A DNA stretch of 64,000 nt from Centroscyllium fabricii (Eukaryota): assembly GCA_051313645.2 (NCBI GenBank), contig JBNRSN020000011.1, positions 77,500,001 to 77,564,000 on the forward strand. Reading direction: 5' to 3'. Made by a program: the position numbers and the translations under genes. Positions 40,738 to 53,875 of the stretch are shown in pieces. The notes beneath the pieces were generated by a model, which saw only the letters and a list, made by a program, of their open reading frames with translations, did not search any database and was not told the origin of the DNA. Each line of letters starts with the position of its first letter. Positions within the stretch are counted from its first letter, which is position 1.

Positions 40738-41150
40738 ACGGTAGCATAGTGGTTATGTTACTGGACTGGTAGCCCAGAGGCCTGGACTAATAATCCAGGG
40801 AATGTGAGCTCAAATCCTACCATGGCAATTTGAGAATTTGAATTCAGTTAAAAAAAACTGGAAATAAAAAGCCGGTAGCAAGTGACCATGAAGCAGTTTG
40901 ATTATCATAAAATCCCAACAGGTTCACTAATATCCTTTAGGGAAAGAAACCTGCCATTCTTACCCGGTCTGGCCTATGTGTGACTCCAATCTCACACCAA
41001 TATGGTTAGCTCTCAACTGCAGTCTGAAATAGCCTAGAAAGCAACTCCGTTATATCGAACTTCTACTGACAGCTTAAAAAGGCAGCCCAGCACATTTTTA
41101 GCACAACATGGGCCCTGCCAGTGATGCCCACATCCAGAGAATGAATTGAG
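40738..41150 (+). mobile_element. tRNA-derived SINE, different family
   Basis: GGTAGCATAGTGGTTA A-box and GAGCTCAAATCC B-box-like head; GAATGAAT tail. Confidence 0.6.
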
Positions 41151-41359
41151 AAAAACTTATTTTTCTTCATATCCTTGATTATACCAGCAGACAAGTATTT
41201 GGTTTTTTTGGGAACACTATTAAAACCTCTGCTTCCTAAAACATGCTGTGTGCTATTTCCTGAGCAAGCAGGTGGATGGGTGATTAATGGGCCTCTGCTG
41301 TTGGTAACATGAAATAAGGAAAAAGTGTCACCATCTGGCCACCTCTTCCCAGTAGCATA

Positions 41360-42349
41360 TGTAACCCCTTCACGGTTCTTTAGATATCTGTGAGATGTGG
41401 TCTCTGTTATATGCAGTATTCTGTAGTCCAGTAAGGAGGTCACTACTACAATGGCTTAATTCTAATTATCTTACTTTATAGTTTTAACATCAAACAGTAC
41501 AAGAAGATTACAGGTCAATGAACTAAATTAGACATTTGTATACATTGGAATGAAGCTAGGCATAATAAACATACATTCCCCATTTACATGGATTCAAAGG
41601 AGAATCTGTCCCTGTGTCCAAATTTGAGTGCACTCTAGAATTTGTTCAATTAACACAACCTGTATCAGGCCTCTTGTTGGCGCGCTTAATTTGGAGCTCA
41701 TGGTATGTATAATGTCTGCAAGACTTATGACTCCAAACCCCTTCGTTGAATTCTCTTCATGATCACGGTGTACTCCACTTTGTGTTCTGGATGCAGAGCA
41801 CACAGCAGCAGCTAGAGTTGGTGACTCTCTCTCTGCAGCTTTTCCCAGTAGATCCCCATCAGCACAAGGCAAGTAGCTCTCCCCAGACCTCCGCCTTGCA
41901 GATCTGGGTTCAGACGACGATTCCCCGGTTCTGGTGACTTGCAGCCGACCAGTTCAGGATGCAGTGCTACTAATAAGAAGGGCGGCGGCCAAGTTTGGAA
42001 GCCCGGGACAGGATGCGGCAGCCATTTGCCTCCTGAGCCCTCTTTTCAGAGCTCCTGTCCTCTCCTCTTCCAGCCTGAGTCTCCAGCTCCGGCCGTTGTC
42101 TCTCCGCCCCCAAAATGTAACCCCGAGGGTCACATGGGGCATGTTTTTCCTGCCGAAACAGTTCAGCTGTCCTCGGGTTGCTGCTGGAGACTGCAACAGT
42201 TGCACATTGTGTTCTTAAAAGTTCTTGCTGTAGTTTCACATTGGCAACTTTAACCCAGGGATTTATAGCAATGATAATACAGTGTCTAAGTTAAAGATTT
42301 ATAACATAACAAATATATTTATAACATAACACTTCCAGTGGGTATTACA
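41360..42349 (-). repeat. 3' LTR of Gypsy element
   Basis: Same termini; preceded on the minus strand by polypurine tract GGTAGGGGGGCAG (42362-42350). Confidence 0.95.
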
Positions 42350-42608
42350 CTGCCCCCCTACCAAATATAGGTATGTCCCCATGACTAATGAACTTTACAC
42401 ACAAGTGATTGCATGCTTTCCCAACCATATATAAAGGGAGGTAACATATCGAACCGTAGGGGCTGTCAATACACTTGGCACGCCTAGTGGACTGTATGTC
42501 AGTCTTTCAGGAACCTTCTTAACTCGCTGTGAGCTCCTTATTTCAGATACCAGGTCTTCAGTTCCTTCAACTACGTTGGAGGCGTTGGTTCCTTGGTTAT
42601 CATGCCTC

Positions 42609-44163
42609 TCAGTCTCTTATCTCCTTCTCGGAAACATTTGGTTCTTCCCAGACCATGCCCAACTCTGAGCGAAATGGTTCAGACAATTCATCCAGATTCT
42701 GTCTTATGCGTCTTTCTGGGAGGTCGTACCATAGATCCCATTCTTCATCTTCCGCATCATCAGGTTCCTCATGATCCACACACTGTGTCATCGGTTTTCT
42801 GTCTTCTGGCACACAGTTTTCCTGGTTTCTCAGTTCTTTCCTCCTTCTTCTCTGCAGGGTTCTCCTACTAGATGTCGGCTCACTATCCGCTGGCGGATCC
42901 AGATGCACTCTCTGTCCCAATGGCAGTATATAATTCCGGTGCAGTAATTTTATGGGTCCATTCCCATCTGCAGGTTTTAGCCAAAACACAGGTAGTTGTG
43001 ACATTTGACTTTCAACAATGTAAGGTGTAGAAGCCCAGCGGTCTGCTAACTTATGTTTCCCTTGAAGTCCTAGGTTCCGTATGAGAACTCGGTCACCAGG
43101 CATGAGTTGGGAAAAACGGATCTTCTGTTCATACCTCTGCTTATTTCCTTATTCTGTTTGGCAGAAACAGACTCAGCAAGTTCATAAGCAGCTTGCAATT
43201 CCTTTCTCATGTCAGATACATACTTGAGGTAAGTTCTCGGTGATGTGCCATCACTGGATACTCCGAAACACAAATCCACCGGCATCCTCACTTCACGTCC
43301 AAACGTGAGGTAGTATGGTGAAAAACCAGTAGCGTCATTTCGGGTACAATTATAAGAATGAACAAGATGTCCAATGTGCCGTCTCCACTTGTTCTTTCAC
43401 TTTGAATCCAACGTTCCAAACATGTCTAACAAAGTACGGTTAAATCGCTCAGGTTGAGGATCTCCCTGAGGATGGTATGGAGTGGTTCTTGACTTCTCAA
43501 TCCCAAGCATGGACAACTCATGTATAAGTCTACTCTCAAGTCTCTACCTTGATCACTGTGTATTCGCTTGGGCAGTCCATAGTGGATGAAGTATTTCTCC
43601 CACAACACTTCAGCAACGGAGGATGCTTTCTGATCCTTTGTGGGAAAAGCTTGGGCATAGCGAGTATAATGATCTGTAACGACCAAGACATTTGCGGTAT
43701 TGCTGGAATCGGGTTCGATGGACAGAAAATCCATACAGACAAGGTCTAGAGGTCCATCACTTTGCATGTGAAACAGAGGAGCAACTCTTTTAGGTAAAGT
43801 CTTTCTCTGGACACAACGTGCATCAATGGTCTCAGTGGTCCCTACATCAGCTTCCAAGAACTCCAACCTCAGTGACAAATAGCCATCATGTGGGTAATCA
43901 GCAGGACTAAGGCCCCAGATCTGCAAAAGACTGATTGGGGTTAACAGCAAATGCATCAGGTATCGGTCATAGAAGGATGTGTACAATATGGTAACCTGAG
44001 AACCCATGTTGAGGATAGCTTTAGTATAGATGCCTTCAATCTGTATTGATACAGCAGAACTCGGCCCTACTAAACCTTCAGGTATGATGTCTTTCATATC
44101 CCCTCGTCTATTATTGCACTTAGTGGAACGTGTCTTAACTACAGGGACAGCAGGCCGTTCCAT
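42609..44163 (-). pseudogene. pol remnant: aspartic protease fused directly to integrase; RT and RNase H missing
   Basis: AILNMGSQVT (decayed DTG motif), then PLDLVCMDF...VVTDHYTRYAQAFP...IHSDQG integrase core and KLADRW..PY GPY/F module. Confidence 0.9.
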
Positions 44164-45563
44164 TACTGTGCCCCTTTGTAGTTTCCCGACTTCTTGGTAA
44201 GTTTTATGAGACGGTCATTTACTTTGAGATTTTCTTCACCTCTACATTCTCGCTTGAAATGTCCATCCTTTCCACAGTTATAACAAAAGACTCCAGGTCT
44301 ATCTCCTTCATGGGGATATCCTTTAGAGGAATCATTCATTTTGCTGTTAGACTTCACAGGGGGTTCAACCTTTTGCACCCGTATGTCATTCCTTTCTGTG
44401 TTGGGCTTAGACCGAAAATATGCCATCTCGGCTCTCATGACAGTTATTTCCTTCTTCAGCTGTTCCACTTCAGGGTTGACATTACCCTTAGGAGTAGGAA
44501 CTGTAACAGGAGTCACAGGCTTGGACATCACAGCACTCTTGGCTACATCCCGGGCCTGAAGCATATCCTCCTCCTCTCAGACTTCCCTTAGCAGCTCAGT
44601 GAAGGTAGGTGGATCTTGCAACTTATGGGTCATGTGTATGCAAAGAGCAATCACGTCTTCGAGCAATGCACCTCGCACAACTTGTTCAATGCGGAGTCGA
44701 TTCATTTCAGTCAACTCAATCCCTCTTTTCCATAAAATACAATGCAGCAGTTTGTCTATTCTCAGCAGATAACTGGACAGCTTCTCTCCCTCACACTTGA
44801 ATGTGCTTCTGGATCTGACCATCAAATCTGAAATGGTTTCAGTCGTTCCAAAGGCAGTTTCTAGAGCCTGCAGTAAGTCAAAGGAAATCGCAGAGGTGTT
44901 CTGCACCTTTAAGAATCTTACAATGTCAGCAGCAGGACCCTTAATGCTTTCTACTATTCTCAGCCTCTTCACATTGTCACTGCACTGCCATTCCTCTCGC
45001 AGAGGCAGGGTCTGCTCAGCCCAGGCATCGTACTCCTCTTCCCCACTGGCAGTTGGTTTCACTCCTGAAAACATACGGAACTTATGGTATCCCTGAGCCT
45101 CAGAGGGCAGATTGGTGCATTTATCCACCAGAGAACTAATGGCACTGACCAACTGAGTGTTCATATCCAGGGCAGAAGGACCTATCAGACCTTTGACATC
45201 AGCAACAGTCTTTCCTTCTTGTCTCAAGAATGACAACAACTTGGTCTGAAACCCTTCTCATTCCTTAATAGTAATAGGGACAAACTGAACTGGCCAGGGA
45301 CCGGCCTATTCAGAAAGCCCAACTGCCTCAGGTAGAACATGACCTCTCAGGTTCTCTGATGTCTGGATCAACACAAACTGCTTCTTGGTAGCTGTATCCA
45401 AGCAACGCTCAACTATCCTAACCTTTCCAAAGGCTTTGACACAGTTCAGAGCCCTTAGCAAGACATCATCAGGGTCATCGTTAGCAACACCATTCAGCAC
45501 AATGGCATGGGTAGTAGCTATCTGCTTCCGGTTGCACCAAGCTTCAACCTCAATAACATCCAA
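44163..45563 (-). pseudogene. PNMA-like gag with CCHC zinc knuckle, broken into three ORFs
   Basis: FSGVKP..GEEEYDAW.EQ...EEWQCSD..KRLRIVESIKGPAADIV (PNMA-type capsid); CYNCGKDGHFKREC; stops and frameshifts. Confidence 0.9.
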
Positions 45564-45655
45564 CTTTTATGTTCAAAAAGCAAGTAGAAACCACAAACCA
45601 CACTCTTAGCAATGAGCATTCAATACTGTTAGTTTACTGACATAAATAGACCACA

Positions 45656-45673
45656 ATCCCGGATGAGCCCCCA
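45656..45673 (-). other. Primer-binding site, tRNA-Pro
   Basis: TGGGGGCTCATCCGGGAT, 17/18 match to the canonical tRNA-Pro PBS TGGGGGCTCGTCCGGGAT, 3 nt inside the 5' LTR. Confidence 0.92.
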
Positions 45674-45676
45674 AAA

Positions 45677-46619
45677 TGTAACCCCTTCACGGTTCTTTAG
45701 ATTATTCTATAGTCCAGTAAGGAGGTCACTACTACAATGGCTTAATAATTATCTTACTTTATAGTTTTAACATCAAACAGTACAAGATTACCGGTCAATG
45801 AACTAAATTAGACATTTGTATACATTGGAATGAATGTAGATATAATAAACATACATTCCCCATTTACATGGATTCAAAGGAGAATCTGTCCGTGTCCAAA
45901 TTTGAGTGCACTCTAGAATTTGTTCAATTAACACAACCTGTATCAGGCCTCTTTCGTTGGCGCACTTAATTTGGAGCTCATGGTATGTATAATGTCTGCA
46001 AGACTTGCGACTCCGAACCCCTTCATTGAATTCTCTTCACGATCACTGTGTACTCCACTTTGAGTTCTGGATGCAGAGCACACAGCAGCAGCTAGAGTTG
46101 GTGACTCGCTCTCTGCAGCTTTTTCCAGTAGATCCCCATCAGCATAAGGCAAGTAGCTCTCCCCAGACCTCCGCCTTGCAGATCTGGGTTCAGACAACGA
46201 CCCCCCAGTACTGGTGATTTGCAGCCGGCCAGTTCAGGATGCAGTGCTACTAATAAGAAGGGCGGCGGCCGAGTTTGGAAGCCCGGGACAGGATGTGGCA
46301 GCCATTTGCCTCCTGAGCCCTCTTATCAGAGCTCCTGCCCTCTCCTCTTCTAGTCTGAGTCTCCAGCTCTGGCCGTTGACCCCAAAATGTAACCCCGAGG
46401 GTCACATGGGGCCTGTTTTTCCCGCCGAAACAGGTCAGCTGTCCTCGGGTTGCTGCTGGAGACTGCAACAGTTGCACATTGTGTTCTTAAAAGTTCTTGC
46501 TGTCGTTTCACATTGGCAACTTTAACCCAGGGATTTATAGCAATGATAATAGTGTCTAAGTTAAAGATTTATAACATAACAAATATATTTATAACATAAC
46601 ACTTCCAGTGGGTATTACA
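45677..46619 (-). repeat. 5' LTR of Gypsy element
   Basis: TGTAACCC...GGTATTACA, near-identical to 41360-42349; adjacent to the PBS. Confidence 0.95.
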
Positions 46620-47234
46620 CATAATAGTGAATTTGCTGTGTAGAAAATCATTGGCACACACTTCCATTCAAATGTATTATCAATGGCATGGATGAGTTGG
46701 AGCATTAGTCCATTTAAGAGACAGGAATATCACATTTGACATTCAAAAACAGTAACTTGAGTTAAAAAGCTCGCTCTTCAGTGGGTAGTATTTACACCAC
46801 GGTCTTGGTCCCTATCCAAAAGATAGTTTTCCTGTGGAAGGTTTTGCTCATCAATATTTACATGTTAGACATATACTATAATTTATCCCTTAAACCAGAA
46901 TTTTACTTATATATAATCTGCTTTACAGACTAGTGGATCTCTTTTGGCATAGCTCGATGGTGAGGGATATTTCCAAAATTTGTCTTTCTTATGGTTCTGG
47001 GATCTAATTGGAACCTGCTGAGCATCTGATGGATAATACAAAGGGTTAATATGGAGCTTTTAGTACTGTACAAACCAGGCGGAAGTCTACATTTATGCAC
47101 AGACAAAAATTAAGATTTTTGAACTGTTCCATTTATATCATATATTTTTCTGGAGTAAAATTGCCAGCTCTTCCCCGGTGTAAGATTTTCTGCATACATC
47201 CTACTGTTTTGGAGGGAAGTTATGATGAATACTT

Positions 47235-47342
47235 TCCCACATTATAACAATGACTACAATTCAGAAGTACTTCATTGGCTGTAAAGTGATTTGGGAGTCC
47301 TGAAATCGTGGAAGGTGCTAGATAAATGCAAGTCTTTCTTTC
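47235..47342 (+). mobile_element. L2-type/SINE 3' tail (related pieces at ~12125-12172 and ~17175-17265)
   Basis: TCATTGGCTGTAAAGTG.TTTGGGA...GGTGCTAGATAAATGCAAGTCTTTCTTT. Confidence 0.5.
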
Positions 47343-49829
47343 TAGTATCTGTGGGTTTTATAACCCTTTCATTCAGAACTGTGCTGGTACAAAATAGTCA
47401 GTTAAAGTGAAGTTAGTAATGGTATCACACTAACCTTGGTGTGCCTGTCGCAACATCCATTGTCTGGGCAAATCAGCCAGCCTTACATCACTTTGCTGGC
47501 ATTTGCTCACTCATTTTCTTGCTTGAATGATAAAATGCAGCTGGGTGCTTGTATTTACAGCTTTGTGTATGTGCTTGCGTATCTGGCAGAACCATAACCA
47601 GACAAAATTTTGGAGAAGGGTTTAAACATCAGGGGACACAAAGTAAAAAGAGCAGGCAGATTGAACTGGGTTACACAAATGGTAAAATACTTGCGGAATA
47701 TACCAGTGAGTGATCCCACTGAAGCAGTATAAATTGATTCAAGAAGTAATTAGACATATTTTGGAAAATAATCGAGGGATATGAGAAGACAGTTAGGTAG
47801 CATTGATCTATCAAAAAGACAGGGTAATTGAGTTTAATGGCTTTTTGGAGTTCCTTGAACATTGTGATCTAAAACTAGTCAGAGCTATGAATATCAGGGC
47901 ACACATCTTGCACAATGGGAGTCACATAATGGTGAGCAAAAAGAGCTCTGGAAATTAAAAATCTGATTGCATCACAGTAATACCTAGAATTAAGATACAA
48001 AGGAGCTCTGATTTGACAACCCTAACTGGGCTGTTACCATCTGCGACGAGGTCAGTGAGTATGTCACTGTTTAAATTTAGATGAAAGTCTAGCCTTGTAC
48101 ATCATTTTATTTTCTCCGCATAAATTAAAAGCTGAGGTATGTATTGTCCTTGACAAGTAACCAGATGTCTGACAAGTGGCAGGTTGTCTGCAATGTTACT
48201 ACCACTCTTCGTTTTTAACATTGAGACTGTCTTGATGAGATAATCAAGCCAATATCGTCTTCCAGATTTGTGAACAGCACCATTGACTTTGAAACAATGT
48301 TGGAGAGATAGAGGGGCAAACGGGCCATTTATAAGACAGTTCCACATTTTTACTTCTGCATTTAATTCACTGCGATCTACAGGCAAATCAAACACAAAAT
48401 ATGACATATAAGCCCTGGACAGAAAGAGATAAAAGGACAGAAAAATTGGAACATGGGGGCAGACAAGCATTTCGAAACAGGAATGTTTAAAAAGCAGAAA
48501 GGTATATTAAAGAGAAAGGTGTGCGGGTCTTCACTGGGCCAAGAGGTTAGAAATACTAGAGGAATTAAAAGTTATTTTGTTTAAGTGATGCACGATGACC
48601 AAGTGGTGTGGGCTAGTGTAGCGTGATCTTTACATAATACTAAATAAAGAAAAGTTGTATGGATTAAATTAAGTAGTTCAATCATAATGTTATTCGGTTT
48701 GTTCACATTACTGAGAAATTAAAAAGATTAATGTTTTTTATCTGGCCACGTCTCAAGTGTTTGTTTGGTCCACCTTTGAGTAGAAAGACTAAACATGTGA
48801 AAGGCACAAATATTCAGCTCAGGTCACAAGGGTGCAATACTGTTACATACCCAGCTTATGGTATCATTCAAGCAGATATAGGGCAGTTGAGTCAACTACC
48901 ACAAGAAATAAAACATCCAGACCACTTACCAACACCACTGAGCCCAAGAAGGTATCTACGGCAGAACCAAATTTGTATTAGTGTGCTTGGAAAACTGTAC
49001 CATTAGTTAGCTCTGGCATGAGACCTGAAAGACTTCATTCACTGCCAAGGGAGCAGAGTGCATCTGCAAATGAGCTGGCGTTTAGTGGCCAGTCAATGTG
49101 TGTGAATTATGCTGCTTTGTACTTGCTTTTGCTTGTTAATATTACTGGAAATTAATCTAGTAATCCAATTTGAGCATGAAATGAACTCTCTCTTGTGGTG
49201 TGCGGATATCCTGGAATGCCTAGGATCAAGTCTTAAGGGTATACCTGAGGGGCAGAGATCCGAGAAGCTGCAACTTCTGGGTCACAAAGGACAAAGCGGT
49301 CGAAATTATGGAAAGTGTAGCAAGGCTGCTAAAGGAGAGAATGACTCATTCTCATGTCATTATCTGCTGTTTTCATGTGGATGCGAAGCAGTTTCAGATG
49401 TACAGCAGGGCAAAAGCTTCTAAATGCAAGAAAGGCGATGCAAGATCACCGCTCACACCTTTAGACGGTGGTGTCAGTGCTTAGGCTTCCCACCAGCTAT
49501 AGTGGAGCTCCAATGCCGTGTAAAACCAAACTTAGTGTTACAGGCAATCCACTGTACTAGCTGGAAACTTAATTTTCAATGCAATTGCTCTTGGGCTCCG
49601 CACTCCAGCGAGATCGCTTCTCATATTAAACCTTTACTGGCCAGTGCCCAGAATTTTGCAGGTGCATACTCTGATGTTGCTAGGCAAAATGTGATGTGCA
49701 GCCAGCAGCATAACTCACCATTGCTATCTGAACATCACATTCATATGGGTGGAGACCAGTACATATCCACACTAAAAACCCTTTTAGACTAACCAGTTTT
49801 ATTTAGTCAGAACTGACGAAAGGACTTCG

Positions 49830-49942
49830 ACCCTCCTTGTCCTTCTTGACTTGTCTGCAGCCTTTGACACGGTTGACCACTCCATCCTACAACGCCTCTC
49901 CATCGTCATCCAGCTGGGTGGGACTGCACTTGCCTGGTTCCA
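49830..49942 (+). mobile_element. L2-type LINE RT fragment
   Basis: Translates [18 protein letters not shown]. Confidence 0.7.
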
Positions 49943-49944
49943 TA

Positions 49945-51872
49945 TATCAGAATGCTGTTTATTGACTACAGTTCAGCATTAAACACCATCGTCCCCAGCA
50001 AATTGTCTACCAAACTCCTCACCCTTGGCCTGAACACCTCCCTCTGCAACTGGACCCTGGACTTCCTAACCAACAGACCAGTCTGTGAAGTTAGGCAACC
50101 TCACCTCCCCCCCACCTTACCCTGAACACGAGGGCCCCACAAGGTTGTGTGCTCAGCCCCCTCCTCTCCTCCCTCTTCACTCACGACTGTGCGGCTGTCC
50201 ATGGCTCCAACACGATCATCAAGTTCGCGGATGACACCACGGTGGTTGGCCAGATCACTAACAACGACGAGTCAGCCTACAGGGATGAGATCCAGCGCCT
50301 TGAGTTGGTGTGCCGACAACAACCTGGCACTGAACACCAAGAAAACCAAGGAGATCATAGTGGACTTCCGGAGGACTGGAAGCAGAAGACACCCCCCCAT
50401 CTTCATCCAAGGGGCTGAGGTGGAAAGGGTGTCCAGCTTCAAGTTCCTCGGGGTCCACATCTCGGAAGATCTCTCCTGGTCACTAAACACCTCCTCTCTG
50501 GTTAAGAAGGCCCAACAGCGCCTGTACTTCCTAAGGAAGCTGAAGAAAGCCAGGCTGTCATCCGGCATCCTCTCCAACTTCTACCGCTGCACAATAGAAA
50601 GCATACTGACAAGCTGCATCACTGTCTGGTATGGTAATTGCACTATCTCGGACCGGAAAACCCTGCAGCGGGTAGTCAAAATCACATGCAAAATCAATTA
50701 TTCTGGAGAATTATAAGAATAATAAAGCTTACGAAACAAAGATCTGTTGCGGCTTTGTGAAAAAAACAAGTACGTGAATTTCTGAGACCCCAGAAGGGGG
50801 CAGTATCAGGAGAGCAAAATAATTCTTGGCATGGAATGACAATGGAAAATAACATTGTAGCAAATTCCTGGAATATAATAAAATGAAATTTGCAATTGGC
50901 ACCCACACAAATATGTATTGGTTTCTTAAAAATGCATACAAATCCAGAGGGATTGAAATCCCCAAACATTCCGTCGGCACTTTTTACTCACTCTAGACCC
51001 GTCTCAGGGCGGCACGGTGGCATAGTGGTTAGCACTGTTGCCTTACAGCTCTGGAGACCCAGGTTCAAATCCAGCCGCGGGTACTATCTGTGTGGAGTTT
51101 GCACATTCTCCCCGTGTCTGCGTGGGTTTCCTCCGGGTGCTCCGGTTTCCTCCCACAGTCCAAAAGACGTGCGGGTTAGGTTGATTGGCCAGGATAAATT
51201 GACCCTTAGTGTTAGGGGGATTGAATATGTGGGGTTACGGGGATAGGGTGGGATATGTGTCGGTGCAGGCTCGATAGGGATCGAGGGATATGGGGAGAGG
51301 GCAGGAACAGGGTATTGGGTTTGGATGATCAGCCATGATCTCATTGAATGGCGGAGCAAGCTCGAAGGGCCGAATGGCCGACTCCTGCTCCTATCTTCTA
51401 TGAAACCAGGATCAGGCTTGGCTGTGATGATTTTATAACTAGTTAACACTCTCTGGGCTCCAAACCCTGCAGCGGGTAGTCAAAACTGCCCAACGAATTA
51501 CCGGTACACAGCTACCGTCAATGGAAAGCATCTACCTCAAACGCTGCTTACGGAGGTCTATGAACATTATTAAAGACCCCACACATCCCAGCCACAGTCT
51601 GTTCGCCCCCCTGCCCTCCGGGAGACGCTACAGAGCAATTTGCACCCGCACGACTCGATTTCAGAACAGCTTCTTCCCCAGGGCTGTCAGCCTCCTGAAC
51701 TCTAAAAAGAAACTCCGGTACCTGCACGCCTGATAATGTACTTTACTGTATGCAATTTGCATGTAATTTATTTATTTTATTTGCACTACTCTCGGGAGAG
51801 TCGAGTCTTCGTCTCGTTGTATTGTACTAGTACTCTGCAATGACAATAAAACTTGAATTGAATTGAATTGAA
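49945..51872 (+). mobile_element. 5'-truncated Rex1/Babar-type LINE, frameshifted and interrupted by a 780-bp insertion
   Basis: MLFIDYSSA..., IIKFADDTTVVGQI (RT catalytic motif), WCADNNLALNTKKTKEIIVDFRR; ends AATAAA + (TTGAA)n tail. Confidence 0.85.
51007..51402 (+). mobile_element. HE1-like V-SINE, full length
   Basis: tRNA-like head with A/B boxes, V-domain TGTGGAGTTTGCACATTCTCCCCGTGTCTGCGTGGG, CR1-derived 3' tail. Confidence 0.88.
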
Positions 51873-53412
51873 TAATACCAATGGGCATTTGGGTGAAGTA
51901 CCAAAGTGCATTGACGGAACCACAGTCCAACCAAAGTCAGTGCCTTCTGCAGAGGAAGAGAGAAAATGATTTGGTGGAGGGGGGTGGGGGAATGAATAAA
52001 ATTGTACTGAGACTGGCAGAATATCATACACATTTTAGAATGCAAGAACCATCGATTTGTAATTGCAGATTACATTTCACACAAATACATATAAATGGGT
52101 CAATTTTGAATCAATGTATCCATGGAGTAATGTACAAATACAAAAATATACATTTTTAAAAAGTGAGCAAGCTCAGAGTGAATAATGAGCTCAAAATTAG
52201 TGTACATCCATCATATTATGTATACATTCTGCAATCAATATAGGTAAATATTTAGTGTTAACATCCAGTTAAGTGTGTGGAAACAAACAATAAATGGGGT
52301 GGAGAAACAAACATATGCAAGTTAGCACGTACTGGTCCAGCAGCTAGTCAAAACAAACGATGGCGGCAACAGCATTTGTGTTAAATGCATTACCAGAAGG
52401 GTTACAGGAGTGGGCTTAAATATCTAAAAATCAAACAGTTTGATTACCAAACACACAATTTTTAATTAACTATAGTTAAAAGGACAAGATTTTTTTACAC
52501 TTCGGTGGAATCCAATTTATAAAATTTGCATTTATCCAATTTGTGTGTAAATAGTCTATTTTTTAAATTACCTATCGCATTTAGTTCCCTTCTGAGTTGG
52601 TTATGGTACAGGGTTGTATAATGCCCAATCTTTTGAGCCTTATAAAAAAAACAGTACAAAGTCTAAGTTAGGTCTTGGTATATTAATGTAACTACTGTAA
52701 CAAGACTCACTACTGCTGACAATGCTTTTAAACATCAACAAACCTGATTATTAAAATCTGAGAAAGTGTATGATGGACAGGATGAAAAATAAATCAATTA
52801 ATCCAGAATTACTCAAAAGATGAGTGCAATCATTTGATCTTCAAACGCTATTAGCCACTATAGCTTCAAGCTTTCAAAAATAAAATTAAAAAATTCACGT
52901 GAACCTATAAACTAGTCACAGATAACAGTAAAGTAAATTTAAAGAGAGATAAATGTCAATGATACTTGTTTATACAAACATTTAAAAAAAAAGCTTGCAT
53001 AAAATTACGAGGTTCCCAAGGCAACTGTAGCCAGCCTCAACTTTTTGTCTGGTAAATAGGTCATGGGGAAACAACAATATTGCACATATTATAATGAACA
53101 GAAAGCTAGTGTGATGGAAGAATCTGCCAAGTGCAAGAACACTTGTAAAGTGCCTCAAGTTACAGGTCACTCTTCAGGCCCAAAATAGCTCACTGATTTT
53201 GTGATTTGTCATTCACCCAAAACCTAAATTTTGTTCAAGGATTAAACTCTTCATTCGTATAATATAGGATACAAAAATGATCACGAATATTTGGTCTTTA
53301 AAAAAATAATTGACATGGATTAAGTTTGCCAACAGATGGATGGTCACATTGTGGAAAACAACATTAATTTCACCTAAACCCATTTCCGAAAAAAACCCAC
53401 ACACACACTCTT

Positions 53413-53875
53413 TCAAGTTGTTGCAATAGGTGTTTGAATCTTCTCAGGAACTCTGTGGTTCAAGTTCTCTGGTTCTTGAGTTTTAACTGGGTCCTTTGAA
53501 TCATTTTCGCCTGCGTCATTAGCAGCATGGCTCTCCGCTTCCTTTTCAACCTGTTTAACGATGTGACTCTGGCTGTCCCCCTCTTTAATACCTTTCAGTG
53601 TTGATTCTTTAGCACCTGAATTGGTTTGATTGGTCCCCTTGGCCGGTTCCTGCTGCTGCAACATATTGTCCACTTCAATCTCTAATTCCAGCCGCTCCTC
53701 ATCCGTCTCCATTTCCAGCTGCTGCATCAGCTCCTCCAGCTTATTGGCTTTACGTAATTCATTCTGCTGGATTATGGTGCACAGATGCTCAGTCAGCTGC
53801 TCCTTCAATTCAGTCGTCTTGTGCAGATTCATTTTTGCTGCAACGTATTCCACCTCTGCCTTATCATATCTCTTC
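53413..53875 (-). CDS. GORAB: GORAB last coding exon (463 nt)
   Basis: [14 protein letters not shown]...[30 protein letters not shown], the diagnostic GORAB coiled coil; ctcag|G acceptor; stop at 53413. Confidence 0.96.

Larger units (their letters stand above)
41360..46619 (-). mobile_element. Ty3/Gypsy LTR retrotransposon, internally deleted and decayed
   Basis: Two TG...CA LTRs, 4-bp TSD CATA (41356-41359, 46620-46623), PBS, PPT, gag, protease and integrase remnants. Confidence 0.96.

Noticed and set aside
41594-42253. ORFs inside the LTRs (also 45943-46525) as env or accessory genes
   Set aside because: Frames differ between the two LTR copies and show no signal peptide, TM segment or known motif
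44163-45563. Domesticated PNMA gene
   Set aside because: Interrupted by stops and frameshifts, begins at TTG, and is still inside a provirus with LTRs
49805-49835. Additional hammerhead (CTGACGA-AAGGAC...)
   Set aside because: GAAA core and stem I partner are missing; it runs into an L2 fragment
51007-51080. tRNA gene
   Set aside because: tRNA-derived SINE head continuing into the V-domain and CR1 tail
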